From the human T2T-CHM13v2.0 reference genome, Homo sapiens, in the NCBI RefSeq assembly GCF_009914755.1, contig NC_060931.1: a stretch of 64,000 nt of DNA. One strand, given 5' to 3'. The notes beneath the pieces were generated by a model. It made no database searches and was not told where the DNA came from. It saw nothing but the letters and a program-made list of their open reading frames with translations. The translations under genes and the position numbers were made by a program. Within the stretch, counting starts at the first letter, position 1; the number at the start of each line of letters is the position of its first letter. Below are positions 1-15,253 of the stretch, one piece after another.

Positions 1-637
1 TCTCCTACTCGATATATATCCAGGGGAAGTGAAATCAGTATGTTGAAGATATATCTGTGCTATCATGTTCATTGTAGCATTATTCATGATAGTCAAGATG
101 TAGAATCAACCTAAGTGTCCATCAGTGGATGAATGGATAAGGAAAATGTGGTGTATATACATAATGGAATACTGTTTATCCATAAAAATAATGAAATACT
201 GTCATCTGTGAAAACTTGCATGAAGCTAGAGGACATTATGTTGAGTAAAATAAGCCAGGTACAGAAAGATAAATACCATATTATCTCACTCATATATGGA
301 ATCTAGAAAGATGCAGAGAGTAGAATCATGGTTAACAAGGGCTTGGGTCGTTGAAGGATGGCAGAATTTGTGAGATATTGGGCAAAAGATACAAAATTTC
401 ACTTAGGAGGAATATGTTCAAGAGATCTATTGTACAGCATAGTGACTATAGATAATAATATATTGTATTCATTAAAAATGCTAAAAGAGTGGATATAAAG
501 TGTTCTTATCACAAAAATCATGACTATGTGAGGTAATGCTTATGTTAGCTAGATTTAAGCATTCCACAACGTATATATACTTCAAAACATCATGTTGTAC
601 ATAATAAATACATAAATTTTATCTGTCCATTAAGAAA
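1..637 (+). mobile_element. Old L1 (L1MA-type) ORF2 end and 3' UTR fragment
   Basis: Typical L1MA 3' sequence (caacctaagtgtccatcagtggatgaatggataaggaaaatgtgg; gttcaagagatctattgtacagcatagtgactatag); runs off the window start. Confidence 0.8.
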
Positions 638-975
638 TGATTTAGTTCAGTTCTGAGACAAGACATCACTCTACCCTGCTGTTCTCTAAATACAATTCAA
701 TAAATGCTCATGGCAGGTTTCTTCATAACTATTTTACAGGTGCCCTTTAAAGGGTGGGTGGTTAAACAAACCTTGGTACATTCATCATTAGAGTACTAGT
801 CAACAATAAAAAGCAATGCAGCAACTTGGATGAAATTAAAAAAAAATATGCTCAGTAAAAAAAGCTAAATCCAAAGGCTTACATACTGTGTGATTTGTTT
901 ACACAGCTTTGATGAAAATTTTATATTACTTTATTTTTACTTTTATTTTAGGTTCAGAGGTACATGTGAAGTTTG

Positions 976-1330
976 GTTTGTGGATTTTTGTTTTTTTGGT
1001 TTTTGTTCTTTTTGTTTTTGTTTTTGAGAAAGGATCTCACTGTGTTACCCAGGTTAGAGTGCAGTGACATGATCGCAGTTCACGGCAACCTCCCCTTCCC
1101 CAGTAGCTGGGACTACAGGCACACACCACCACCCCAGCTAATTCTGGTATTTTATTTTATTTTATTTTATTTTATTTTATTTTATTTTATATTATTTTAT
1201 TATTTATTTTGTAGAGATGGGGTTTTGTCATGTTGCCCGGGCTGGTCTCAAACTCCCGGACTCAAGCAATCAGCCTGTCTGGGCCTCCCAAAGTGCTAGG
1301 ATTATAGGTGTGAGCCACTGCACCTGGTCC
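976..1330 (-). mobile_element. AluJ-type SINE with (TTTTA)n expansion of the middle A-rich linker and a right-arm deletion
   Basis: cccaggttagagtgcagtg, agctgggactacaggc, cctcccaaagtgctaggatt; (ttttat)n at about 1149-1210. Confidence 0.9.
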
Positions 1331-1618
1331 AGGTTTGTTATACAGGTAAAGGGTATGTCACAGGGGTTTGGTGTACATATTATTTTGACACCAAGGTAAG
1401 AAGCATAGTACTTAATAGGGTACCCATGTTTCTGCAAAGGACATGATCTCCTTTTTTATATGGCCGTGTAGTATTCCATGATGTATACGTACCACATTTT
1501 CTTTATTCAGTCTACTGTTGATGGGCATTTAGGATGATTCCATGTCTTTCCTATTGTGAACAGTGCTGCAGTTAACATGAACATGCGTGTGTCTTTATGA
1601 TAGAATGATTTATAGTCT

Positions 1619-1910
1619 GGCTGGACGCAGTAGCTCATGCCTGTAATCCCAACATTTGGGCAGCCAAAGCAGCCAGATCATTTCAGCTCACGAGTTTGAG
1701 ACCAGCCTGGACAATATGGTGAAACCATGTCTTTACTAAAGATACAAATATCAGATGGGTGTGGTGGCACAGGCTACTCAGGAGGCTGAGCCACAAGAAT
1801 CGCTTGAACCCAGGAGGCAGAGGTTGCAGTGAGCTGAGATAGCACCACTGCTCTCCAGAGTGGGTAACAGAGTGAGACTCTGAATCAAACAAAAACCCCA
1901 AAAACCAAAA
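1619..1910 (+). mobile_element. Alu SINE (old, S/J type)
   Basis: ggctggacgcagtagctcatgcctgtaatccc...gagtgagactctg plus A-rich tail. Confidence 0.9.
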
Positions 1911-3543
1911 CTATATTCCTTTGGGTATATACGCCAGTAATGGGATTGCTGGGGTGAATGGTAATCCTGTTTTAAGTTCTTTGAGAAATCTCCAAACTGA
2001 TTTCCACAATGGCTAAACTAATTTACTTTCACACCAGCAGTGTATAAACATTCCCATTTTCTCCATAACCTCACCAGCACCTGCTTTTTTTGACTTTTTA
2101 ATAATAGCTATTCTGACTGATGTGAAATGGCATCTGATTGTGGTTTTGATCTGCATTTCTCTAATGATTAGTAAAGTTGAACGTTTTTTCATATACTTGT
2201 TGGCTACATGTATGCCTTCTTTTGAGAAATGTCTTTTCATGTCCTTTGCCCACTTATTGATGGGGTTGTATAACATTCTAGAAATGACAAAATTATGTAA
2301 ATAGAGAACACATTAGTGGTTGTCAGGCATTGGGGAGTGAGGCATATGGGAGAGAAATCAATATGGATATAACAAGACAACATAAGGAATCCTTGCGATA
2401 ACAGAAATGTTCTGTATGTTTACTGTGGTAGCACATACGCAGATATAAATGGTTAACAAAATAGCAGAGAGCTAAATACATAGTATAAGCATATGCACTC
2501 ACACACACAGAGGAATACAAGTAAAACTAGGGAGATCTGAATAAGATTGATAGATTGTATAAATGTCAATATCCTAGTTGCGATACTGTACAATAATTTT
2601 GCAAAATGTTATCATTGGAAAAAACTATGTAAAAGGGACATGGAATCTTAATTATTTCCTACAACTGCAAATGTATCTGCAATTATCTCACAATAACATC
2701 AATAAAAATGATTTTATAACAAATGAAAGCAATCAAATACTAGTAAAATTTAGTACATTTCTATGTCCTTGTTGTATATTTCATCATTTAAATATACAAC
2801 AAAGCGAAATAATCTAAAAAGAAAACATTATTTTATACCTCAAACCCCTGAGATTATACACAATTGCATATTTCTGTAACTTCATTTGAAAATATGGCAT
2901 CCATAACCATATTAACGTACTACGGGGAGTTTAGGAGGATCCTAGCTTTTGGCTCTCCTCCCTCAGTTAATTATTGGAAGCTTTGAGGAAAGGTGTCACG
3001 AGAAATTTTTGATTCAGTCAATAAACATTAATTTTTCTTTTGTCTTGCTTTTATAAATCACTGGCCTATCTACAATGGGAGGCTACATCTTTTAATTAAT
3101 ATACAATACTTTTCAGTTCTTAGTTGTAATTATCTTGTATGTTTTAGATTTCACATAACGCTGATGAAACCCACTGAACTTTTAAAAGTACTCTAGGATA
3201 CAGGATTCACATGTAAATCTACCACAATAAAATGACTTTTTACCAGTTATTCCTCCATCCCAGAGCTTCATTTTATGTTTATAACCTTATTTTAACCTTA
3301 TTTATTCTACTTGTTATGTTAAAATTGTACTTATTTTACTCCTCCCAAGGTTAAAATAAGGATTAAAATATCATTTATTTTCATTTTTATTACTTTATTA
3401 TCTCCATAAAAGTCTAGAGTCACTAGCTTCTTTTATCCATCTTTGGTGCTGGTATAAAAACACATTTCTTGCTTCACGTTATGTCTTTAAGCAGCATCAC
3501 TTTCTTTGATTTTCCTTTTCCAATTAAACCACTATCTTTGAAC

Positions 3544-3905
3544 TTTTTAATTTTCATGGATACATAATAGTTGTGCATATCTGTGGGGTACATATGACAT
3601 TTTGATACATGCACACAATATGTAATGATAAAATCAGGGGATTTAGGATCTCCTTCAAACATTTATCATTTCTTTGTGTTGGGAACATTCTGAATCTTCT
3701 CTTCCAGCTATTTTCAAATATACAATAAAGTATTGTTAACTATCATCATCCTATAGTGCTATTGAACACTAGAACTCCTTCCTTCTAGCTGACTATATTT
3801 TTGTACCCACTACCTAGCCTTCTTAATTCCCCTCCCCCACTCCTCCCTGCCTTTGCCAACCATCATTCTATTCACAAAATATCACATGTTCTCAGTCATA
3901 TGTGG
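3544..3905 (-). mobile_element. Short L1MA 3' end with a 33-bp inverted 5' segment
   Basis: 3544-3872 is L1MA 3' UTR on minus; 3873-3905 cacaaaatatcacatgttctcagtcatatgtgg is L1 sense sequence on plus. Confidence 0.7.
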
Positions 3906-6004
3906 TCTACCTTTTTTGTTTCTTCTCTATTTCTGTTATTTTCAGTTATTATTTAAATAACTAATTAAATTCTTGTGGTTTTTTCCTATTTTTTTATAAT
4001 GATAGGTTTTTAATGCCCTATTTCTCCCTGACAAACAACTAGACACCCTGAATACTAGTAGATTGCCCTAGAAACCTGCCTCCAACTGGATCTAATAACT
4101 GAATTCAGCTTCTCAAGTCCTAATCAGATTAAATCAGATTTGGTATGGCATAGTTTTGTATATTCTTAAAATAGTAACAAGATTACTTCACCTACTCTAC
4201 TGAACAGCCTAGATGAATCTATTTGTTATTATTATTGGGAAAATCTAAGTTGAGTATGAACTAAAATTCACTAACACCCTTTATTCCTTCTTCCTAATGT
4301 CCTCACTTATTTATTTGTCCTACTGTGATAAATGTATCTTAGTAAGGCCTTTCGAAATATTTTATGAATTAAGGCTGGAACAAAGTAGATAAATAGGCAA
4401 GAGAGAATCTATCAGAAAATTAAGTAAAATAGAAAAAAAAAATCTTAATTACGGCTTTGACTTAGCTCACGGACTACCTCTTCTCCAGCTAATCTGCACT
4501 TTGCTGCCAAAGACATTCTCCTGAAGCTTAAATGTGAGCATCTCTCTATTGAAAAACTCAGTGTAGCTCAAAAATATCTTAAAATGTTCTCATGGTATAT
4601 GAGGTCTTATAGAATTTAAGTTCAAGCTATCTCTCTTCATTCCCCACAATGTTCTCTGATAAGATGGTCCTCTGTTCTGGGAGCTCAGAATCATACTCAG
4701 TCCCGTAAAGAAACTGAGCCTTTATCTAGGTATGAAAACCTAGACAACGTCCTCATCTGTATTATTGTACTTAACAACCTGCATTATGAAGTCCTTGTGT
4801 AAGCAGAACAGATCTGCCCATTCAATGGCAGATGCTCCTCAAAGACAGTTATCAGAAGTCACTCAGTAACTCTAAGGCCGTCTTCAGTATTTGTAGGTCT
4901 GCAAATGGCATGGGCAAGAATAAAAGCCAGTGGTAATAGTAACAACGTGCCCCACAGAATTTTATCTGGGTCACATACATGCACTCCTCTTGCTCCTGTG
5001 TGTAACTTTGGACTTTCCCTCAGATTCTATCTGGCCTGATTGCAAGGATCTTTTAACGTGATTATCCATTCTGGAGTTTGTCCTTGATTACCTTGACAAT
5101 GGCTCCTAGCTCTACCCTTACTACAGTGTGCTCCTCGGTTATACATTATCTCAGTTATCATAGGGTCAGCTCACCTTTTTGGCCTTGTAAAGATAACAGT
5201 GCTTTAAATTTTTGGTTTATTAATTTATTCATGAACATTTAGTAAGTCCCATATTATACTAATCATTGAAGACATAAAGCCAAGTAGAACAGGTTCCTTG
5301 CCTCCAATTATCTTGCTTCTCTGAGAACGGAAGGTAAGAGTCAGGCTGCATCTATCAGGCATCTAACTACTATGGTCTTTTTGACCCATTTGTACTGAAA
5401 TGTTTTAAACCAGATACACCAACACAGTTCTCTAGTTCCTCAGCCTCCAGACCAAGAGAGAATATGTTTCCTTGTGAATGCTGATCATACTTTGCTAATA
5501 ATGAATGTGTGTTTAAAGTTAAAAAAGAATAAAGGAACACAGCTGGATGTATTAGTATGGGCTCATGAAAGAGACATATCCTTGGATGCTGAACCCGCAT
5601 AGTCCTGTTACTTCATGGATGACACAATGAACTGAATCTAAGACACTTCTAAACCATCCCAGCCTGCACTAGAGCATTGGCAAACTGGAGGTGCTGTTTT
5701 ACAAAATGAATATATGAATGGATGAATGGTGGATGGATGAATGGATGCTTTTTCAATGGCCTATATGTTCTTCCAAATATTTTGACCATTAAAAGAATTT
5801 AAAGTCTAGTTTGAATTTCATCTATGTCAAGAAACTATCCAGTGTCCCTAGTTTAAGGTGATCATTGATTCCTTGAATTCACATTCAAACCACTGAATTC
5901 AAATAGTTTATTATTTAATCTGTACCTGTATAATTATGCAATTATTGTAGTTATGAGTATATGGTTGCTTTAATAAATTAGAAATCCGTTGATATCTGGA
6001 AATA

Positions 6005-6233
6005 CAGTTGATCCTTGGACAACATGGGTTTGGAGTGTATGGGTCTACTTCTACATTGGTTTTTTTCAATCGAACACAGACAGAAAATATTGTATTGGCA
6101 GATGTGAAACCTGCCTATAAGAAGGCCTGATTTTTCATATGCATGGCTTCTGATTAGGGGAAATGATCATGCATAGATTTTGGTATATGTGGGGTCCTGA
6201 AACCAATTCCCCATATCTACATAGGGATGACTG
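6005..6233. mobile_element. MER8 (Tigger2-derived MITE)
   Basis: Ends cagttgatccttg...agggatgactg are inverted repeats, flanked by TA on both sides; about 230 bp. Confidence 0.8.
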
Positions 6234-6685
6234 TATATCTTATACTGATGCCCCACCATGGACTATCATCCTGCCTGGCAGGGAACAGTCACTGAATAAA
6301 TAATCTGTACATGAGTGTACTTCCTAATAGATAATCTTGGATCATCCATCTATGTTCAGTCAATATGTAGAAAAGATCAGCATATTATTCATGACATATT
6401 AAATACACACTTATTGAGTACTTATTCTGGGCTTGGCAAGGATGTGGTTAAAATTTAATCACCTTAACACTTGCTCAATGTGTGAATAATATGACTCTAC
6501 CAAATCATATTGTTATCTTTTATCTTGTTATTTTATAAACAGAGATATAAGTAATGACTTCAAAATGACTTTTTGAAAGAATAAATTAGCATCTAATAAA
6601 CAAATACACAGCTTTAAAAATCATCTTGTTGCAAGGAAAGGAAACAGAACAAAGTATTTTCATAATCAAGTACAAAGTTAAGAAC

Positions 6686-9381
<2,696 letters not shown>

Positions 9382-10269
9382 TAACAGAATATAGAGAAAG
9401 GGCCCAGGGAATTGACTCACACTTATGCTATGTAGGAAAAGGAGTGCATCATATAATACTTATTTCATAGGGTGAATATGTGTGTGTACATATATATATG
9501 TATGTATGTATGTGTTTGTGTATATATGTATCATAGGAAAGAGCATTTTCACATGTAAGCAACTTTGCAAACAGGGAAACAGAGGCAAACAGAAAATGCA
9601 TGTTTCCTAACTGTCAAAGCAAGCAAAGGTCAAGTCTTCTCTCAAACCCTGTTTCAACTCTATTCAGTCCATTGTTACTTCAAAACCATTTTAATATTTT
9701 TCATTATATAAAAGCTGTTCCTCTATGAAATTAATGAAAGTAATGATTTTTGCATTAAAAAAAACAGTTGTTTATCCAGAATAAAAACAAAATCCCTGAG
9801 ACAAATGGGGAGACTCAGGAATTTTCCCTTTTTTTAATCCAAGCAAGCCAAGGAAGCCCCAGTATACATACATATAGCATGTATATATTTAACTGATCAT
9901 CTACAGGAAAATACATACATTCAATTAAAATAAATACTATACTATAGGTATGTGGTAAAGACCAATTTAATGGAGCAAAATTCCATCAGAAAGTTTGCTC
10001 AAGTTTTAGTTTTTCCCAAAGCATTTGAATCACAGGGGCTACTTTTTTAAATATCAAAACAAATACTTTGGGCTTATTGTGTAGACAGACAAGTTATCAT
10101 GGTGCATATACCTCTCTTTACAGCTACTCCCTATTCAGAACATCAGAATAAAGACAGAAAGAAGACTGCAAATACAGCTTCAGTTTGATTTCATACTGAA
10201 ATACCCACTATAGGTCCTCTATAGTAGGCTGGTTGTACTGGCAAAACAAAACAAAAATTATTATTATCA

Positions 10270-10545
10270 CATTCGTTCAATACTTAATATGTACCAGTCA
10301 ATGTTCTAGGATTTTTGTACATGTAATTTCCTTGATGATCTCAGAACTCTATCAAGTTGGTAGATAAAGAACCTGAGTCTAAGTCACATGCCCAAGGCTA
10401 TACAGCTCATGAATGAAAGGTCAGAATTCAAACATCTTCTGTTTGACTTTGAGATCTTTTTCTTGATCACCATATTACAATGCATCTACTATTCATAATA
10501 ATATCTATTATCCCACTTAGATGAGAAAACTGAGGCTCAAAGCTC
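10270..10545 (-). mobile_element. MIR fragments
   Basis: aagtcacatgcccaaggctatacagct...agaattcaaac and agatgagaaaactgaggctca MIR core. Confidence 0.65.
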
Positions 10546-12087
10546 AGTATCCTGTCAGAAGTTTTTCTTCTATGGAGTCATCCACTGAAAATTAAATCAG
10601 GTTCAAAATTATTAATTCAGTTTCTCCTTCAAATCACCCTTCCAAATTACACTCTGCCACTAATAATTGGGCAGATTGGGACACCCTTGTGAAGTCACTA
10701 TTCTTTGTTATTTATCATTTATATTCAACTTATTTCCTTGATTATAAAAAGAATAATATGTTGAAACCAATAAAAACATATGTTTCATTCCTACAGTAAT
10801 CAAGAAAAAGTGGATCTGGTTGGAAAAAGCATTAAAAAAAGCCCCGAGTTATTTTTGGCCCAAACAGCATCCCCAGTACACGTTCTCCCTGTGGACACAG
10901 AGCAGCATATGGCTGTTCTTTTCACAGTTCAGGCTCTTCTGTTTACTCTGAACCTCTAGGTTACAATATGTTTTGTAATCACTAATAAGGACCACCTGTC
11001 TCTTGAGAGATTCTGCCTAATAAAATAGAGAGACTCATTGTTCAAATCCACTCTCAGGTAGACAATACACGCCTCATGTGTGGGCCAAGATTACTGAGTA
11101 GAAAACTTAAACAAATTATGCTGATTGTAATTGCCAAATTAAGAACATATGTTAGTTTCATAAAAAGAAAAAAGAAACAGTAATGTTTGGAACAATAAAG
11201 ATAATGCTTTTGAGGAAATGAAATACCTAATATATTTTCCAGGAAAAAGAAAAAGAATAATCTACTTATTTAAAAAATTCGTTCAATCCACTAAGAGATA
11301 TTCAAGGCAAATTTACTGCATTCCAATATGCCTAACCATATACCCTCTTTGTACAAATTTATACTATGGTTGAATTCAGCCAGAAAAACTGGCTCTTTGA
11401 AAACAAGCAGAGTTCAATCCAATAACTGACTGATAAATGCTTACCACTGAGAATGTGAAAGCTATCATAAATCTGGTTTAATAGAACAAGAAGAGATACA
11501 GTATATGGATAAGAGTAAATCCTCCTGTCAGTATCCTCCTTTGGCCACAGTGACAATTCCCACCAGAGGTCAGGCCAGATTAGCAACCTCTCTCTAGGCT
11601 GCCATTGCAAACCCATATATATATACCTTCATCAGTGCACCTGCTCCATTGCGCTAGAGTGGTTGGTCCGAGTGTTTGTCTCTCCTTCTAATCTGTGAGT
11701 TCCCTGAGAACAGGGTTCACATATTCACTATAGTCTCAACACCTTTTAACAGAGTATGAGCACAGACTGAATTTCCCAAATCTATTCAAAAAATAACTGC
11801 CTAGGTGATGATATCTATTCACATGGTAGCACAGGAAAATAAATTTATCTCATATAAAGTTTGTTTTTTGAGTGCAGAGGGATTTTCCAAGTATTAAGGC
11901 CAATGTCAAAGACAGGCAGAAAGGACTGGCTGTGGGGACAGTCAGCATTTTAAATGCAGAGACTGTCTCTGAACTTTCTCACACAAACTCAAGTCCCTCT
12001 TCTAATGGGACCTTCGCTTTGCCCAGTAGACTCATTATCTATCAGGTGTCTCACTGACCACATAGAATATTGAGATACTGAATTAAT

Positions 12088-12225
12088 CATAAGTAACATT
12101 TATAGATCTCAGGTGTACCAAACACTGGGCAAAGGGCTTTGTTGTATTACTTCATTTAATGCTTATTACAACCATATAAGGTGGGTGCTACTGTTTTCAT
12201 TTTAGACATGATAAAACTGAGGCAA
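12088..12225 (-). mobile_element. MIR
   Basis: ttcatttaatgcttattaacaacc...cattttagacatgataaaactgaggc. Confidence 0.65.
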
Positions 12226-13427
12226 ATAATTTGTTTAGTGCTTTGCCATAGATCTAAGCAAAACATTAACAAGTTGGTAGCTTGCCAAGCACTCTACTAC
12301 TCCACCTTCAAGCAGGTGACTAATCCAACTCCTAAGGATAAAAGTCATTTGATTTGTCCTGATAATCCTCAGAATTCAATTCTTAATTTATAACCTCTCT
12401 CCACAGTGCAATTTATTGTTTTTTCTTCTAAGAGATGCATTTTCCATTTCGGTAAAACCCGCAACGCTATCTAGTTATAAATGATCATAATCATGCATGA
12501 GAAATAATTCTCACAAATTGTTTTGATACATTTTATGAACGATAATACAGTCATAAACATAAAACTTTCATGCACTGTTAAATGTACATAAAAGAGCAGC
12601 TTGAGATTCAATAGGAAGTTTATAACTACATTATGCGTATATGGCGAGATGTGTATATATGTGTACTTGTGTGTAAAATTATGTTATGTAATGGTGTTGT
12701 ATGTTAGTGTATATATTTCTCAAACACTGGATTTTGCTGTGTAAATCCCTAATCATCAGAATATATTAATGATAGGCAGTCCGACATTAATAAAAGTCAG
12801 ATAAAAAGCTTTCCTATCTTAGACCTTGTCAAAACATTTCTGTCTTATTTCATTTCCTATAGGTCTTCTTTCAAAAGGGCTTCTGTCAAAAAGCTATTGA
12901 TTATCAATAACCTGTGGCATTATCAAAGTTGTGTTTCAATAAATGTCAATATGGATTGCAGAACAATGGATAAGATTTCATGAAGCACCTAGAAGTAGTA
13001 AAGTATTGATATGTGGCCTTACGTATCACTACAATAGTTAGAAACATAAGCTGTCTGTGCATTATTAAATGCATAGCTGTAATAATTATGAGGAAGAAAA
13101 TAAATCATAATCTCCCTAGTTTTGTAATTTCTCATCGTCTAATTTTCTGAGAACTTGGGTGACTGGTGCTGCATAGACATATCACTTTGGGGGACATATT
13201 TGGAAATACAAAACAAAAAAAATTGATTAAAAATATCAAATTGATGTCTTCTGATTAGGTTCAAACATGAGAAAGCATGTATACACTCTCACAGTATTAT
13301 GGTAGCTCTGAGAATCAAGAAGAGGAGATGTTTTTTGCTAGAGGAAAGAGTGAATTACACATTAAAACAACAGAACAGAAGAAGAATATTTTCCTAGTTT
13401 ATTTGAAGCATTTTAAAAACATCCTAC

Positions 13428-13670
13428 TGTCTACCGTTCTTTTTTTATGTATTTTTATTATTATTATTATACTTTAAGTTTTAGGGTACATGTGCACAAT
13501 GTGAAGGTTAGTTACATATGTATACACGTGCCATGCTAGTGCGCTGCACCCACTAACTCGTCATCTAGCATTAGGTATATCACCCAATGCTATCCCTCCC
13601 CCCTGCCCCCACCCCACAACAGTCCCCAGACTGTGATGTTCCCCTTCCTGTGTCCATGTCTACTGTTCTT
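13428..13670 (-). mobile_element. Very short 5'-truncated L1PA2-type insertion (3' UTR only) with 14-bp TSD
   Basis: TSD tgtctac(c/t)gttctt at 13428-13441 and 13657-13670; cactaactcgtcatctagcattagg diagnostic; patterned poly-T tail. Confidence 0.92.
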
Positions 13671-14505
13671 GTAGTTATTTCCTGGCCACCAAATTTCTGT
13701 GAAAAGTCCTACTTTTCTGTGGAAGAGATGCTGGATGAATGAACTCTAAACCTCGACTGAGACTACAGAACGTGCTCCATACTTCTCTATACTTAAAAAA
13801 GCCAGTGTGCACTAATATGGGGCAAAGTGCTGTTAAAATGTGAAATAATTCTTCACCTGGTGGTAAGTAGATGCTGCCCTCCCTGCCCTCCCCACCCCAG
13901 CATCCACAGCCCTGTGCACTGATTTCCTGGGCCTCCCTTATCCATCAAGTTCAGAATTGGTTTCCTGTTCCAGAGCCCCTTAGGACTGAAGAGTGATGGT
14001 ACCTAGCAGCTCTCCCCAAATCCCCCAAAGACCTCTGCCCTAAGAGAGCTCCTCTGAGGGAGTGCCCACCAGCCTGAGACACCTGATGAAGTTCCTCCTC
14101 CGTACTGCCATCCCCACGTGCTAACCCCACTGGGTACCCATCAGACTCCAGCCGAAAGAAACAGAACTCTGGGTGATGGTGCGGCACCTGGCAGGCAAAT
14201 GCCCAGGTGCTTTTGGGCACCAATCCCAGGCCTTGGGAACTTGCTTCCGGCTGGGCTCTTCAAGTCGCCCTCACATGGCCACTTGTGGAAACTGCAGAAT
14301 TAATGGACACTGGACCTGAAGAGTGCCTGCGGTAGACAAAAATAGCAGGTAGCTCTAAAGGCTGTTAAGTAATCTGAACATCACCCTTAGATACATCAAC
14401 CTTCCCTGGTGTTGCAACTGAAAGAGGCAATATAAACACAGAGTATGATTCACTTCTATCAACCAGATATAGCCAGAAGGTCTCCCCTTGTGATGTGGCA
14501 AAAGT

Positions 14506-14746
<241 letters not shown>

Positions 14747-15110
14747 TAAGCCCAAATTTATAAATGAGGGCATATTCAGTCGATTCCACACCACCTCCAA
14801 CACACAGACATACAAAAAATGTACAAAGATTACAACAAATGACTCTTTCATAAAAGGGCAAAATTTATCTAAGGGTATAGTCAACTGCAGAAAAAAAATC
14901 AGATCATTCATTAAATTCTTACAGATATCAGGAGATTTCTCTAAAGAGGCTGAAGAATGTCCATAACATTTTTAAATTGAAGAGAGAATCAAGTCATACA
15001 TTTTCTAAGAGTTTATTTATGGGGAAAACCTATTCTAGCAAAAGTTATACACTTAAAAATAAAGCATCCCTCCTGGAGAGCTATATACATTAATATATGT
15101 TTATGACGAT

Positions 15111-15116
15111 ACTTGC
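15111..15116 (-). promoter_or_regulatory. GRM8: Non-canonical GC 5' splice site (AAA|GCAAGT) of the GRM8 exon
   Basis: Plus-strand acttgc directly abuts the last codon; the nearest GT is 4 nt further and would break the frame to the expected VEDMQW continuation. Confidence 0.85.
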
Positions 15117-15253
15117 TTTTAGATGAAGCTGATTGGTCCAGTGGCCGATGACTTTGTACTCTGTGCTTTTGTTGGTTATTTGATACTGGAAGATATCATA
15201 ACGTCCAGGAGCATCTCCGTTTTCATTAAAAGTGACAGGAGTGCCAGCACTGC
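15117..15253 (-). CDS. GRM8: Internal coding exon of metabotropic glutamate receptor 8 (end of the Venus-flytrap ligand-binding domain)
   Basis: Minus strand: acceptor ttttctaaatctttatag|GC AGT GCT GGC...CAT CTA AAA|gcaagt. 137 bp, phase 1 to phase 0. Translates (G)[45 protein letters not shown], a group III mGluR motif ([17 protein letters not shown]) with the residues I recall for mGlu8. Confidence 0.96.

Larger units (their letters stand above)
920..2270 (-). mobile_element. L1PA13-16-type 3' fragment interrupted by two Alus
   Basis: T-rich tail then ttttaggttcagagggtacatgtg; ORF 2013..2276(-) is the L1 ORF2 C-terminus (KWAKDMKRHFSKE...IREMQIKTT). Confidence 0.8.
755..2705 (+). mobile_element. 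Ancient L1MC/MD 3' fragment, split (about 755-915 and 2270-2705) by a younger L1
   Basis: aaacaaaccttggtacattcat...acatactgtgtgatt resumes at 2270 with acattctagaaatgacaaaattat...gtggttgtcagg. Confidence 0.6.

Noticed and set aside
15107-15112. Canonical GT donor (gtatcg) as the true exon end
   Set aside because: Poor consensus, and it adds 4 nt, breaking the mGlu8 reading frame
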